Source of the DNA: Guillardia theta CCMP2712 | Taxonomy: Eukaryota; Protista; Cryptophyta | Length of the DNA stretch: 64,000 nt | Direction: 5' to 3' | Assembly: GCF_000315625.1 (NCBI RefSeq) | Contig: NW_005434601.1 | Location: forward strand, 265,833-329,832 | Part shown: in pieces, positions 43,395-55,500 of the stretch | Layout of the letters: each line of letters begins with the position of its first letter | Numbering within the stretch: the first letter of the stretch is position 1 | Notes under the pieces: model-generated | Seen by the model: the letters and a program-made list of their open reading frames with translations, nothing else | What the model was told of the DNA's origin: nothing | Databases searched by the model: none | Position numbers and translations under genes: made by a program

Positions 43395-43836
43395 TACACC
43401 TACCCCTACCCCCTACATGTATATCCCCACCCTAGGAATAAAGCATTCACAGACCACTACCCCTTCTTCCAGGCGACTTGGTAATCCACTACCCCCTCTT
43501 CTCCTCCGTTATGAACCTGGTAATATACCACCCTAAACAAGATATTGAGTACCCACCCCACTAAAGATAATGTACTATCACACCCACCCACAAAAAGAGC
43601 AACCCCGACCCCCTACGAGCTCGAAGGAAGACCCCTGCCCCCTATATGTGAGATAGACAATAACTCTAACAGTAAATGGCTTAGAATTTCACTTGTTCTG
43701 TGAATTTTGTATGACAGTTATCAAATTTGATAATATATTTTGACATCTTGCTCTAAAAGTATCGCCAACTTCACAAACAAATTTTCAGCCAACGTGTTAA
43801 AATATTTATTGATTCCCCCTTAGTACTACCCTACCT
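43395..43836 (-). repeat. Degenerate G-rich tract on the minus strand (TACCCC words on plus)
   Basis: CTACCCCTACCCCC, CTACCCC and ACCCACCCC words; same vocabulary as 4040-4470, inverted. Confidence 0.6.
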
Positions 43837-44084
43837 NNNNNNNNNNNNNNNNNNNNNNNNNNNNNNNNNNNNNNNNNNNNNNNNNNNNNNNNNNNNNNNN
43901 NNNNNNNNNNNNNNNNNNNNNNNNNNNNNNNNNNNNNNNNNNNNNNNNNNNNNNNNNNNNNNNNNNNNNNNNNNNNNNNNNNNNNNNNNNNNNNNNNNNN
44001 NNNNNNNNNNNNNNNNNNNNNNNNNNNNNNNNNNNNNNNNNNNNNNNNNNNNNNNNNNNNNNNNNNNNNNNNNNNNNNNNNNNN
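43837..44084. other. Assembly gap
   Basis: Run of N. Confidence 1.
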
Positions 44085-47000
44085 CTGCACGACTGGTCAA
44101 ATAATGAGTTGTGGCGCAAAATCAACTCCATAAAGTTTCGGTTCAGGTGTAATCAGCAGTCATCACGTAGGATTTTTCAGGGGTGGTTCAGGCTGTGGGT
44201 GATGTCAAGAGCACTGACGTTGATCTCAAGGAAGGCATCAGAGAGGTAAAAATGCATTGCAATGTGTTGTGCAATTCATTGATTTCGACTCAGGCAACGG
44301 AGGCTTATCCTTGTTGCAAGGATGTCACACTGGTTGGAATATTTGCAAAGAAAGAAGTTTCATCGAAGAATTTTAGGCCCTCCGACATCGAAAAGGAGTG
44401 AAGTTTTCTGTATCACTCTTGCAAGGACCCAGGAACAGGCAGAACTCAAAGGAGACTTGCAGCTGCTTCAGGACGAAATCAAGGCTGACGTGATCAATGC
44501 TGTGGCACCCCTGGTCCCTGCAGAACAAGCTTCCGTTAGAATCTCCATCAAGAAGATATGCCTTGATCACAGTGACTCTTTCAGAGCCATCGCGGAGTAT
44601 GATTGTTCCTGCGAACCCGACCTGGCAGAAGAAGTTACAGTGCAGAGTAAAAATAAGTGGAGCTCCCTTCGGCTAAAGGGGAAGTGGACTTCGCAGATCT
44701 TGTCTCACAACAAGATCAGGGAAAAGCATTTTTTTCAGTCAAGATGGATTCAAGCAATCAAAACTGATTTCTTCTCGCACTTGAAGGAAGAGGCTCGGAA
44801 ACAGAAAGAATACAACACTCTCGAATCACTCAAGCAAAAAGCGGAATTACTGCAGACTCAGACCCAAGCGTATCAAGTTAGGGACCAAAAGAAGGAAGAA
44901 AAGTTGAAAATAACAGCAAAGAAATTTGTTTTGCTGATTCAAGAACAGGACACAAACATCGCTTTTAAAGAGTGGGAATCGCAAGTCAAATCGCAAAAAC
45001 AAAAACAAACTCAAAAAAGTAACTGGATTGAAAGAAGCTCAAAGATGGCACTCGGAGCAGCCTTTGACGGATTTTGTGCGCAAGTTGCATGGGTGAAGGA
45101 CAAGAAAGCAACCTGCGAGCGGGTGGTACGGCGGATGCTGCACTCTCAGCTGGCCGGGGCTTTCGACCGCCTGGTCGAGGCAACGGAGAAGCTGCGGAGG
45201 CAGAGGGCGATGATATCGAGCTGTCTGACGCGCTGGAGGGGATCAGAGGTCGCAGATAGCTTCGAGGGCTGGAGAGAGGAGGCGGGTCGGAGCCGGGCGG
45301 AGAGGGCGGAGGCAGCCCGGGAGGAGGAGCGGCAGAGGCGCGAGCGCGAGCTCGAGGGAGACCAGCAGCGGGCAGAGCAGGCGGCCAGGAGCGAGCGGGA
45401 GCGGCTTGAGGCGACATGCAGGCAGGCGGTACAGCGGATGCTGCGGTGGCAAGCGGCGGGAGCGTTCGACGCTTTCTACGGGAGGGTGAAGGAGGTGCAC
45501 GAGCAGCGAGAGCGGAAGAGGGAGGCGGTCAGGCGGCTGATGCACAGGGAGCTATGGGGGGCGTTCGAGGGCTTTAGGGAGGCGGTGGAAGCAGCGAGGT
45601 CGAGGGAGGAGAGAGCGCTGGCGACGCTGGGGAGGTGGAGAGCTCCGGAGAAGACCCGAGCGTTCGAGGTGTGGGTAGAGCACTGGGAGGAGAGCAGGGA
45701 GGCAGCGATGCTGGCGGGGCACGAGAGAGCTCGGGAGGAGCTAGCGGCAGCACTGGCGCGCGAGCAGGAGAGACAGAGAGGTCTAAGCGAGCGGGTGGTA
45801 CGGCGGATGCTGCACTCTCAGCTGGCGGGGGCTTTCGACCGCCTGGTCGAGGCAACGGAGAAGCTGCGGAGGCAGAGGGCGATGATATCGAGCTGTCTGA
45901 CGCGCTGGAGGGGATCAGAGGTCGCAGATAGCTTCGAGGGCTGGAGAGAGGAGGCGGGTCGGAGCCGGGCGGAGAGGGCGGAGGCAGCCCGGGAGGAGGA
46001 GCGGCAGAGGCGCGAGCGCGAGCTCGAGGGAGACCAGCAGCGGGCAGAGCAGGCGGCCAGGAGCGAGCGGGAGCGGCTTGAGGCGACATGCAGGAGGGCG
46101 GTACAGCGGATGCTGCGGTGGCAAGCGGCGGGAGCGTTCGACGCTTTCTACGGGAGGGTGAAGGAGGTACAGGAGCAGCGAGAGCGGAAGAGGGAGGCGG
46201 TCAGGCGGCTGATGCACAGGGAGCTATGGGGGGCGTTCGAGGGCTTTAGGGATTTTGTTGATTTCCGTGTCTGGTCTCGATCTCAATGGCTTAACAAACT
46301 CCAATCCTATTTCAGTTTTTGCTTGTCGGATTGGTTTGACCGGTTTGTGTCCAATTGTTTATTTTCTCAGTCTAATCGACTCAAGCACACCCTTGTTCGT
46401 CAGATTTCGAGGTCTTCTCAACTCCAAGCTGACGTTTGCAAGCATAAGGAAAGGGTCACTCAACTAATTGAATTCTTTTCTCGATATGCATATCTTTTTC
46501 TTGTCCGTTACGGCTTTGATGCATTTGCTATTTGTCATTTACGAAAACAACGAATGGGCAAGGCAGTTCTGAGATACCTTCGAAAAGTTTTCAAGATGTT
46601 CGGGTCTGCTCTGCTCCAATCGAAGAGGGCGCGCGTAATGAAACTGAAGCAAAATGATCAGGATGTTTCAAGGATCAAACTGCTTGTTTTCCATGAATGG
46701 AAAGATTGTGTTCAAAATGGCAAAAGTGAGCAAGAATTGCACAGCAGACAAGAGCTTCTGGATGACCTGCAAGCAAAGCTTGTGGCCGTCGAGCTTGATA
46801 GAGCTTCGCAGCCTGCAGCGGTTGCCTTGAAGCTCAACTGTGATGGGAGAGAGGCGTTGAAGGATAGCAACAGCACAAACTCTCTTAGCAACCAAGTACA
46901 AGATGACATCAGCACAGCTCTCGGAGTAGACCCGAGTGCTGTGAGCATCCTATGCTACGAACGAGGCAGCGTCATCGCAGAAGTCGCGCTCAAGAAGGAC

Positions 47001-50000
47001 CCGGGAGTTAGCAGCCGCAAGCCAGGAGACATGGTAGACGATCTACTTGCACAGGCTGTAGACATGTCCAGCAAGCTGCGAGGGACAGCGACGGGTCGAA
47101 TTTTGGTGACGGCTGAGACCCACGGGTCGGTATCAGAGCAGGTATGCGAATCAATCCGAAGAGCTTACGAGCAACGAGTGCAAGCAGGAGATCAGAGAGT
47201 GAATGAAATGATGGAAGCATATGCATCTGAACTAAAGGAATTACAAAGCACATTGGATAACTCTCTCGAAAGAAGGGAGGCCACCATGAAAACAATACAT
47301 CGAAGATTAATGAAGCAATCCCTGTCTGAAGCCTTTGACGATTTCTGTGCGCAAGTTGCATGGGTGAAGGACAAGAAAGCAACCTGCGAGCGGGTGGTAC
47401 GGCGGATGCTGCACTCTCAGCTGGCCGGGGCTTTCGACCGCCTGGTCGAGGCAACGGAGAAGCTGCGGAGGCAGAGGGCGATGATATCGAGCTGTCTGAC
47501 GCGCTGGAGGGGATCAGAGGTCGCAGATAGCTTCGAGGGCTGGAGAGAGGAGGCGGGTCGGAGCCGGGCGGAGAGGGCGGAGGCAGCCCGGGAGGAGGAG
47601 CGGCAGAGGCGCGAGCGCGAGCTCGAGGGAGACCAGCAGCGGGCAGAGCAGGCGGCCAGGAGCGAGCGGGAGCGGCTTGAGGCGACATGCAGGCGGGCGG
47701 TACAGCGGATGCTGCGGTGGCAAGCGGCGGGAGCGTTCGACGCTTTCTACGGGAGGGTGAAGGAGGTGCAGGAGCAGCGAGAGCGGAAGAGGGAGGCGGT
47801 CAGGCGGCTGATGCACAGGGAGCTATGGGGGGCGTTCGAGGGCTTTAGGGAGGCGGTGGAAGCAGCGAGGTCGAGGGAGGAGAGAGCGCTGGCGACGCTG
47901 GGGAGGTGGAGAGCTCCGGAGAAGACCCGAGCGTTCGAGGTGTGGGTAGAGCACTGGGAGGAGAGCAGGGAGGCAGCGATGCTGGCGGGGCACGAGAGAG
48001 CTCGGGAGGAGCTAGCGGCAGCACTGGCGCGCGAGCAGGAGAGACAGAGAGGTCTAAGCGAGCGGGTGGTACGGCGGATGCTGCACTCTCAGCTGGCGGG
48101 GGCTTTCGACCGCCTGGTCGAGGCAACGGAGAAGCTGCGGAGGCAGAGGGCGATGATATCGAGCTGTCTGACGCGCTGGAGGGGATCAGAGGTCGCAGAT
48201 AGCTTCGAGGGCTGGAGAGAGGAGGCGGGTCGGAGCCGGGCGGAGAGGGCGGAGGCAGCCCGGGAGGAGGAGCGGCAGAGGCGCGAGCGCGAGCTCGAGG
48301 GAGACCAGCAGCGGGCAGAGCAGGCGGCCAGGAGCGAGCGGGAGCGGCTTGAGGCGACATGCAGGCGGGCGGTACAGCGGATGCTGCGGTGGCAAGCGGC
48401 GGGGGCGTTCGACGCTTTCTACGGGAGGGTGAAGGAGGTGCAGGAGCAGCGAGAGCGGAAGAGGGAGGCGGTCAGGCGGCTGATGCACAGGGAGCTATGG
48501 GGGGCGTTCGAGGGCTTTAGGGAGGCGGTGGAGGCAGCGAGGTCGAGGGAGGAGAGAGCGCTGGCGACGCTGGGGAGGTGGAGAGCTCCGGAGAAGACCC
48601 GAGCGTTCGAGGTGTGGGTAGAGCACTGGGAGGAGAGCAGGGAGGCAGCGATGCTGGCGGGGCACGAGAGAGCTCGGGAGGAGCTAGCGGCAGCACTGGC
48701 GCGCGAGAAGGAGGAAGGGCGTCAGCGGGTGGGTCGGGCGTGCCGGATGGCGATCTACCGGATGCTACAGGACAAGGTCGCGATGCACTTCGAGGCGTTT
48801 GCCAGCGGGGTAGCAGCATCGAAGCTCGAGCGAGCAGAGGCAGAGGCAGAGCTAGGGGCGGCCTTCGAGGGCCTTCGGAGAGCGGGAGAGCAAGCGCGCA
48901 ACAGGCGCAGCGCTGCTGCCGTACGAGGCGTGAGGATGTGCGAGGTAGCCGCGGTGGCATGTGCAAGCATGCTTACAGACGTGGTGCTTGCTTGGAGAGA
49001 GGAGGCGGGTCGGAGCCGGGCGGAGAGGGCGGAGGCAGCCCGGGAGGAGGAGCGGCAGAGGCGCGAGCGCGAGCTCGAGGGAGACCAGCAGCGGGCAGAG
49101 CAGGCGGCCAGGAGCGAGCGGGAGCGGCTTGAGGCGACATGCAGGCGGGCGGTACAGCGGATGCTGCGGTGGCAAGCGGCGGGGGCGTTCGACGCTTTCT
49201 ACGGGAGGGTGTAGGAGGTGCAGGAGCAGCGAGAGCGGAAGAGGGAGGCGGTCAGGCGGCTGATGCACAGGGAGCTATGGGGGGCGTTCGAGGGCTTTAG
49301 GGAGGCGGTGGAGGCAGCGAGGTCGAGGGAGGAGAGAGCGCTGGCGACGCTGGGGAGGTGGAGAGCTCCGGAGAAGACCCGAGCGTTCGAGGTGTGGGTA
49401 GAGCACTGGGAGGAGAGCAGGGAGGCAGCGATGCTGGCGGGGCACGAGAGAGCTCGGGAGGAGCTAGCGGCAGCACTGGCGCGCGAGCAGGAGGAAGGGC
49501 GTCAGCGGGTGGGTCGGGCGTGCCGGATGGCGATCTACCGGATGCTACAGGACAAGGTCGCGATGCACTTCGAGGCGTTTGCCAGCGGGGTAGCAGCATC
49601 GAAGCTCGAGCGAGCAGAGGCAGAGGCAGAGCTAGGGGCGGCCTTCGAGGGCCTTCGGAGAGCGGGAGAGCAAGCGCGCAACAGGCGCAGCGCTGCTGCC
49701 GTACGAGGCGTGAGGATGTGCGAGGTAGCCGCGGTGGCATGTGCAAGCATGCTTACAGACGTGGTGCTTGCTTGGAGAGAGGAGGCGGGTCGGAGCCGGG
49801 CGGAGAGGGCGGAGGCAGCCCGGGAGGAGGAGCGGCAGAGGCGCGAGCGCGAGCTCGAGGGAGACCAGCAGCGGGCAGAGCAGGCGGCCAGGAGCGAGCG
49901 GGAGCGGCTTGAGGCGACATGCAGGAGGGCGGTACAGCGGATGCTGCGGTGGCAAGCGGCGGGGGCGTTCGACGCTTTCTACGGGAGGGTGCAGGAGGTG

Positions 50001-50741
50001 CAGGAGCAGCGAGAGCGGAAGAGGGAGGCGGTCAGGCGGCTGATGCACAGGGAGCTATGGGGGGCGTTCGAGGGCTTTAGGGAGGCGGTGGAGGCAGCGA
50101 GGTCGAGGGAGGAGAGAGCGCTGGCGACGCTGGGGAGGTGGAGAGCTCCGGAGAAGACCCGAGCGTTCGAAGTGTGGGTAGAGCACTGGGAGGAGAGTAG
50201 AGAAGTTTTGCATAGGATCGCAGGGATGAGAGGAGGTCAGGTTCACCTCAACTCAGATAGTAGTGTTTCAAGAGTACCTTTTCTTCATGCCCCATTCCTT
50301 GCATGGAAGACTTGTATCATCGTCAGGAAGCGAACTTGCTTGCTCGAGGCCCGATACTCCAAGCTCGTCAAAGGCGCAACCGCCAAGATGGTTCTCTTCG
50401 GATGGTCACGCACGAGCAGCAAGCACCTGGTAACTCTTGTTTCTGTTGCTCGTTAGCAGCAAGCACCTGGTAACTCTTGTTTCTGTTGCTCGTTATGCTG
50501 ACATGTCTCCTTAGATTGAGGCTGCGTCGAGCTTTCGGTCTAGTAGGCAGCTCAACACGGTGGCGATGACATGCGCGTTCGCCATGTGGAGGATCAACGT
50601 TGAGAGATGCGTGCGGGCTCAGATGCAGGTAAGCACGAGTACCTCCCCGATCGTCTTGCTCACTCGTTCCGTCAGTCGCGGATCTCCGTGCTCATTCAGA
50701 CGATTGCGAACCTCTCCACGGGTCCAGACTTCGTGGCCTGA
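44085..50741 (+). CDS. Giant Sfi1-like (centrin-binding type) repeat / coiled-coil protein of about 2100 aa or more; 5' end in the gap; in-frame TAG at 49212-49214
   Basis: Recurrent motifs RRMLHSQLAGAFDRL, TRWRGSEVADSFEGWRE, RMLRWQAAGAFDAF, RLMHRELWGAFEGF and RWRAPEKTRAFEVWVE resemble the Sfi1 F/LxxW repeat. Near-identical 672-bp and 780-bp DNA repeats. Two short final exons end at TGA 50739-50741. Confidence 0.7.
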
Positions 50742-50749
50742 CCTGCGAG

Positions 50750-52152
50750 CTACTTGGATCGGGACTTGGAGTAAATCATGGAAGGAGGGAGGGGAACCAG
50801 GACTGCGATCCACCAGAGGTTCGTCGCCAGCCATTTCGGCACTTCTCCTGCGGCTACAGCAGTCAGACGGACCCTCACAGTCACTCGCACGCCATCACTC
50901 GTGGGCATGAGACTGTCGCGATGAAAGGCGAAGTCAAGAATCAGCGATAGGCGCTGGCCCTGCACAGCAGCTTTCAACGACCATGCGCATGTGCCGTCGC
51001 TCACCAGGGTCAATCCCTTGGACGTTTCACCTGCGGCCAGTTGGGCTCCTGCATGGAGACTGAGCTCGTAGTCTGACATGACAGCACGTGACCTTGCTTT
51101 CCTTTGTGATAGTCGACCTGCCTGAGACCTCTGAAGCTCCAGTGAGCGAGCAAGCTGAGGAAGGGAAGCGGCAGACCTTGAAGACAAGTAGAGGTGATAG
51201 GCGAGGAGACACGAGATGACGATCGTCAAGATCGATGAGAGCATAAAGATGGCGAAATGCACAGCGAACCCTAACTGTAGTCGCGTGAGAGGAGGGAGGG
51301 AGGGAGGGAGGGATTAACCTCTAGCGCCCAAAAGAAATGGCTGAGCATAAGTTGAATCAGTAGGTGCATCCCTCCGTTCCCTCCTCGGATCAGCTGGTCG
51401 CTGTAGCCTGCATCCCGAGGAAGCAACTTCGAAGCTAGCTGGGCCTGGTGAAGATGAGGGGAGAGTAGGTTACATTCAGCACATACCTGGATGTTCGACC
51501 TCGCGCTCTGGAGGGTGAGGAAGGAGCAGACAGCAACAAAGAGGGTGGAGAGGGAGACCCAGAACAAGAAGAGAATGAAATACCGATGATTTCTATCCCC
51601 CACGCAGTTGTTGATATAAAAGCAATGATGGTCCATGCCCTCCACGCAGTATCCGCATCTCCTGCAATGGTGCACCCCCTCCAGCTTGAGGACGCGACAT
51701 GCCGAGCACCACTCTGGAGAGCTCTCGTATCTCTTGCTGTTGCCTTGGCTGTCTCGAGGAGAGGCTCTGCCGGGATCCAGAGCTGCTGCCCAGAAGAAAT
51801 TGCAGACTACGTTCAGCGTGAGCCACGAGGAAAAGAGGAGGAGGAGGACGCCAGGAGCACTTCCAAGCGGAACTAAGGTGGGAGCAACCAGAAGAAATCC
51901 CCCGACCACGACAAACAACGTCGCAGAGACAGCAGCGACGAGTGGGAGCGTCCTACCCAAGGAGTCCATGGTCTTGACGAAAGTGGAGGAGGAGGAAGGA
52001 GAGGAAGAAGCAGGAGAAGCAGGGTCAACAACGGGCAGCTCAGGGACTTCGGAGGAGGGAGGAAGCTGGAGAACTTCCATGCATCCTCCACATCGCGCCA
52101 TCCGCGTCACCATCATCACCTTCACCCCGCAGTTCCAGCATTGTACCTCCAT
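50750..52152 (-). CDS. DHHC palmitoyltransferase (ZDHHC/PAT) with an N-terminal CxxC...CxxC motif
   Basis: WCSACRVLKLEGVHHCRRCGYCVEGMDHHCFYINNCVGDRNHRYFILFL with flanking transmembrane helices; LLAYHLYL after the last helix. Start approximate. Confidence 0.93.
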
Positions 52153-52373
52153 CCCACCTCCTTGCCCCTTCATCCCCCCTCGTCCCCCCTCGTCCCCTCC
52201 CTTAACCCTCATCCCCCTCCCTTCCCTCTTTTTAACCCTCATCCCCGCGCAGATCCTCCGGGCCCCCCTCGGGTTTTCTTGGCTTTTTGATGTTTTTTTT
52301 CAGCCGACGATTCGCCTTCTATGGGCAGCAGCTCCCGCCCTTGACTGATGCCCCTGACGCCTCTGCCTCTGCC

Positions 52374-52418
<45 letters not shown>

Positions 52419-52552
52419 ATCAAGCACTTGGGCTTTTCTTGGTTTCATTTGCAAGATTTGATCTGACTTGACTTCGACAGGCCAACACGTTTTGAGTCCA
52501 TCACAACATGTCAAGAAATAGATAATCAAACGTGACCTCCAGGCGCGTCAGA

Positions 52553-55500
52553 ATGCTTGAAAGAAAGCTCTCATCGCGAGCTCCTCATATTCTTCTTATT
52601 CATTTACTTCTCTTGCTCTGCATCCAAAGCGCTTCATCTCAAGACGGCAACTTCCTTTTCAACGATAACTACTGGAACATTCCTACCGGGAGCCCAGGGC
52701 AGTGTGTTGGCACGGATTGTCAAAAGTACGTCTGCGCGAATAAGCCTGAGCAGCCATACTGCCGTGGGTGCAGCGGCAACCCTACAGCGTTCAATGTCGA
52801 GCCAAAAGATTGCTTGGAGAGCGACCCGAACGCGCAATGCTCAACTTGCATCGCATCCTGCCTACCGTATACGACTGGATGGGAGAATTACGTGCCTGTC
52901 GCCGGGTTCCGACAGGAACCGTTTCACTGTCGTAGTAGCGGGGATGCCTGCGCTGGGAGCTGCGTGAACTCCTGGCACAAGTCATGTTCTATGTCGGGGA
53001 TCAATGACTGCCCGGCGGGAGACGTCTGTGTAGGAGGAGAGTACGTGTGCTTCGGTGAAGACGTGGACAACAGAATCCCTTGCACCATCACCCACTGTGA
53101 TCCAGCTCGAGTCACCTATAACCCTGCCCTCTGTGAATGCCAGAAAGGAAGATGTTTGTGGTCTTCGTCGCCGTCTGTGCAACGAGATATGGGGAACGCA
53201 AATGTGCGCTTATGAACCCTTTGATGGCATCCAGATCTGACACCTTGCTTTCAATGCAGAGCAATAAGAAATGTGATAAATTCAATCAAGATCAAACAGC
53301 GGTCACCCGTCAACTCTGCTCGCAATGTCCCAGGTCGTTCTTTCAGTGCCCGTCGTGTCAAGGCAAGGGGATTGAGGTATCATGTCACTTGTGCTGATGC
53401 TGCTGCTGCAGTTGTGGGAACGGACCCCAAGGACTGCTTGACTGCCTGCCTGTTGGACCCTGAATGCACCGCTGTCACCTGGAGACCCTCTAGCACCAAC
53501 ACCACGTGCGAGGGTCTTGCTGCAACTGACTGTCACTCACTCGCTTCATGCGCAGGAATAGCACGTGCGTCAAGGCAAACTCAGACTGCACCCTGCTAGA
53601 CAGGTATGTCGCTCACTACGTATGAGCTTGCCTTTCACTGCACGAGCAGCGCTTTCCAAGAGAGTGCATACATCAAGGCCGCCACTTGGAATTTCCCTAC
53701 CGAATGTCTGCCAAGGGTCGATGTGAGTAGTGACGTCCTGTGGGCTATGAGGATGAAGGCGAGGGAGGCTGACAGCCTTCCAGGTGCAAGAAGACATCAT
53801 TCGCAACCCCCGCCTGGGCTTCCAGCACAAGAACGCGACCTGCCGAGCTTGTTCGCGCGTGGAGGTGAAGGAATATAAGGGCACCTCTACGAGGCTTGAC
53901 AGCAGCGCAGGTTGTGCTGAACGTGAAGTACGGGAAGTTGAACTTCGGGTTGAAAGACAACTCGCTCAAGTGCATCGGTCTGCTCTCGTGATGCCTCAGG
54001 CTCCTCCACCTTGACTTCTGTGCAGCTCCGAACTACAACCCGTTGAGAGATGGGAATCCTCCTCGCGCTGGGTGCTCGCTCACTGCGAGAGGTGAGGGAG
54101 CGAGCTGGTGAGAGCTGGGATGACGTGGCTCCAGGGCTCGACGAAGACTTCAAGCTCATCTGCCCGACATGGCCAGAGTCCGTCGCAAGTTGCAACCCCA
54201 TCCTTGCGTCCAAGATCATCCCCGGCGTCAGTGACAGCGTCCAAATCTCGTTCCTGCCCAGCTGGCAGGCTAGCTCGGCAGTCTCGGGTCAGATCTCGGT
54301 CGCGTACCCTGGAGTTTCCATCACGGGGCCGTACGAGGAGGTGCTGGTGGTGCTGAGAAACATCACCTACTCCCCGACCGACGACCAGAACTCCATGAGG
54401 ATCCGGTGAGTGACATCAGGCCGACACTCTTGGCGCCTGACGACTCTGAGCAGCTCGCGCATCTACAGTGGCTCCACGTCCCTCTCAGCGACGTGGCCCA
54501 TCGGCAAGCCCTACGAGGAGCTGGTTGTCAGCGTCAACTTTGACAAGACAAACCCCAACTGCTCCGCCTGTGGAGCCTTCGGGACCTCCAGCCCGCACGT
54601 GCGGCGCTACCTGATGCACGTCCTGCCGATGAACGATCCCCCCTACATGGGGAACCCTCAAGACACTTACAAGAAGCCCAAGTACTGCAAGGCTGACGTG
54701 GCCCAAGAAGACTGTATCGACTCGTCCACGGGGCTGCCGCTGACGCTGGAGCAGTGCCATCTGTGCTACTTCGCTCCTTTCTTCACGTACGAGGGGAGCA
54801 CAACCTCCATCCCCGTCTCCGGTCTCACCCTCATCGACGACGACGCGTACGAGAGCTGCACATGGGCCAACGCGAAATGTACGAGCGCGGACACGAAGGT
54901 AAGGGGAGGAGCAGGCGGGGGGCGGAAGGAGGGAGTGATGAGGCTGGCAGATCCTAGTGAGGAACGGGGGGATCGACCTCAACACTCGTCTCGGGCTGAG
55001 CATCTACTCCGAGACGTCGAGCTTGAAGGCCTTCACTGCCCCCATGGGCCCGACGGTCTCGGCCATCACGGTGCTGCAGTACCAGGCGTATGTGCCGGGG
55101 GTCGGGAACATCAACTACAACACGCAGAGCAACGGGAACTCGGAGAAGATCTCAGTGGCAGTGAGCGACCAGGGCTTCACCGGAGCCGTCGAGTCCAACG
55201 GAGTTCTGTCAAACGGCATCTCGCTGGAGTCTGCCATCGACATTCAGCTGACCATCGTCGCGATGAACAACCCTCCCGTAGTCTCCTTCGGCTCCGTGAC
55301 GACCAACTACAGGGTGCTCGAAGACGTGCTGTCAGGCATCTCCTCCATCACTGTCGATGACAGTGACGTCGACGAGGTTGTCACGTCGGCGCTGGCGAGC
55401 AAGCTCTGGATGTCGCTGTCGATGTACGCCAACTACCTGCACAAGATCCAGCTGCTGGTCACGGTGACGCGAGGGAAGCTGCTCTACCAAGAGACCGCAA

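Noticed and set aside
49212-49214. TAG/TAA reassignment to Gln
   Set aside because: CK2, SRPBCC, DHHC and ZZ-finger genes end normally at TAG or TAA, and long exons otherwise lack in-frame TAR codons.
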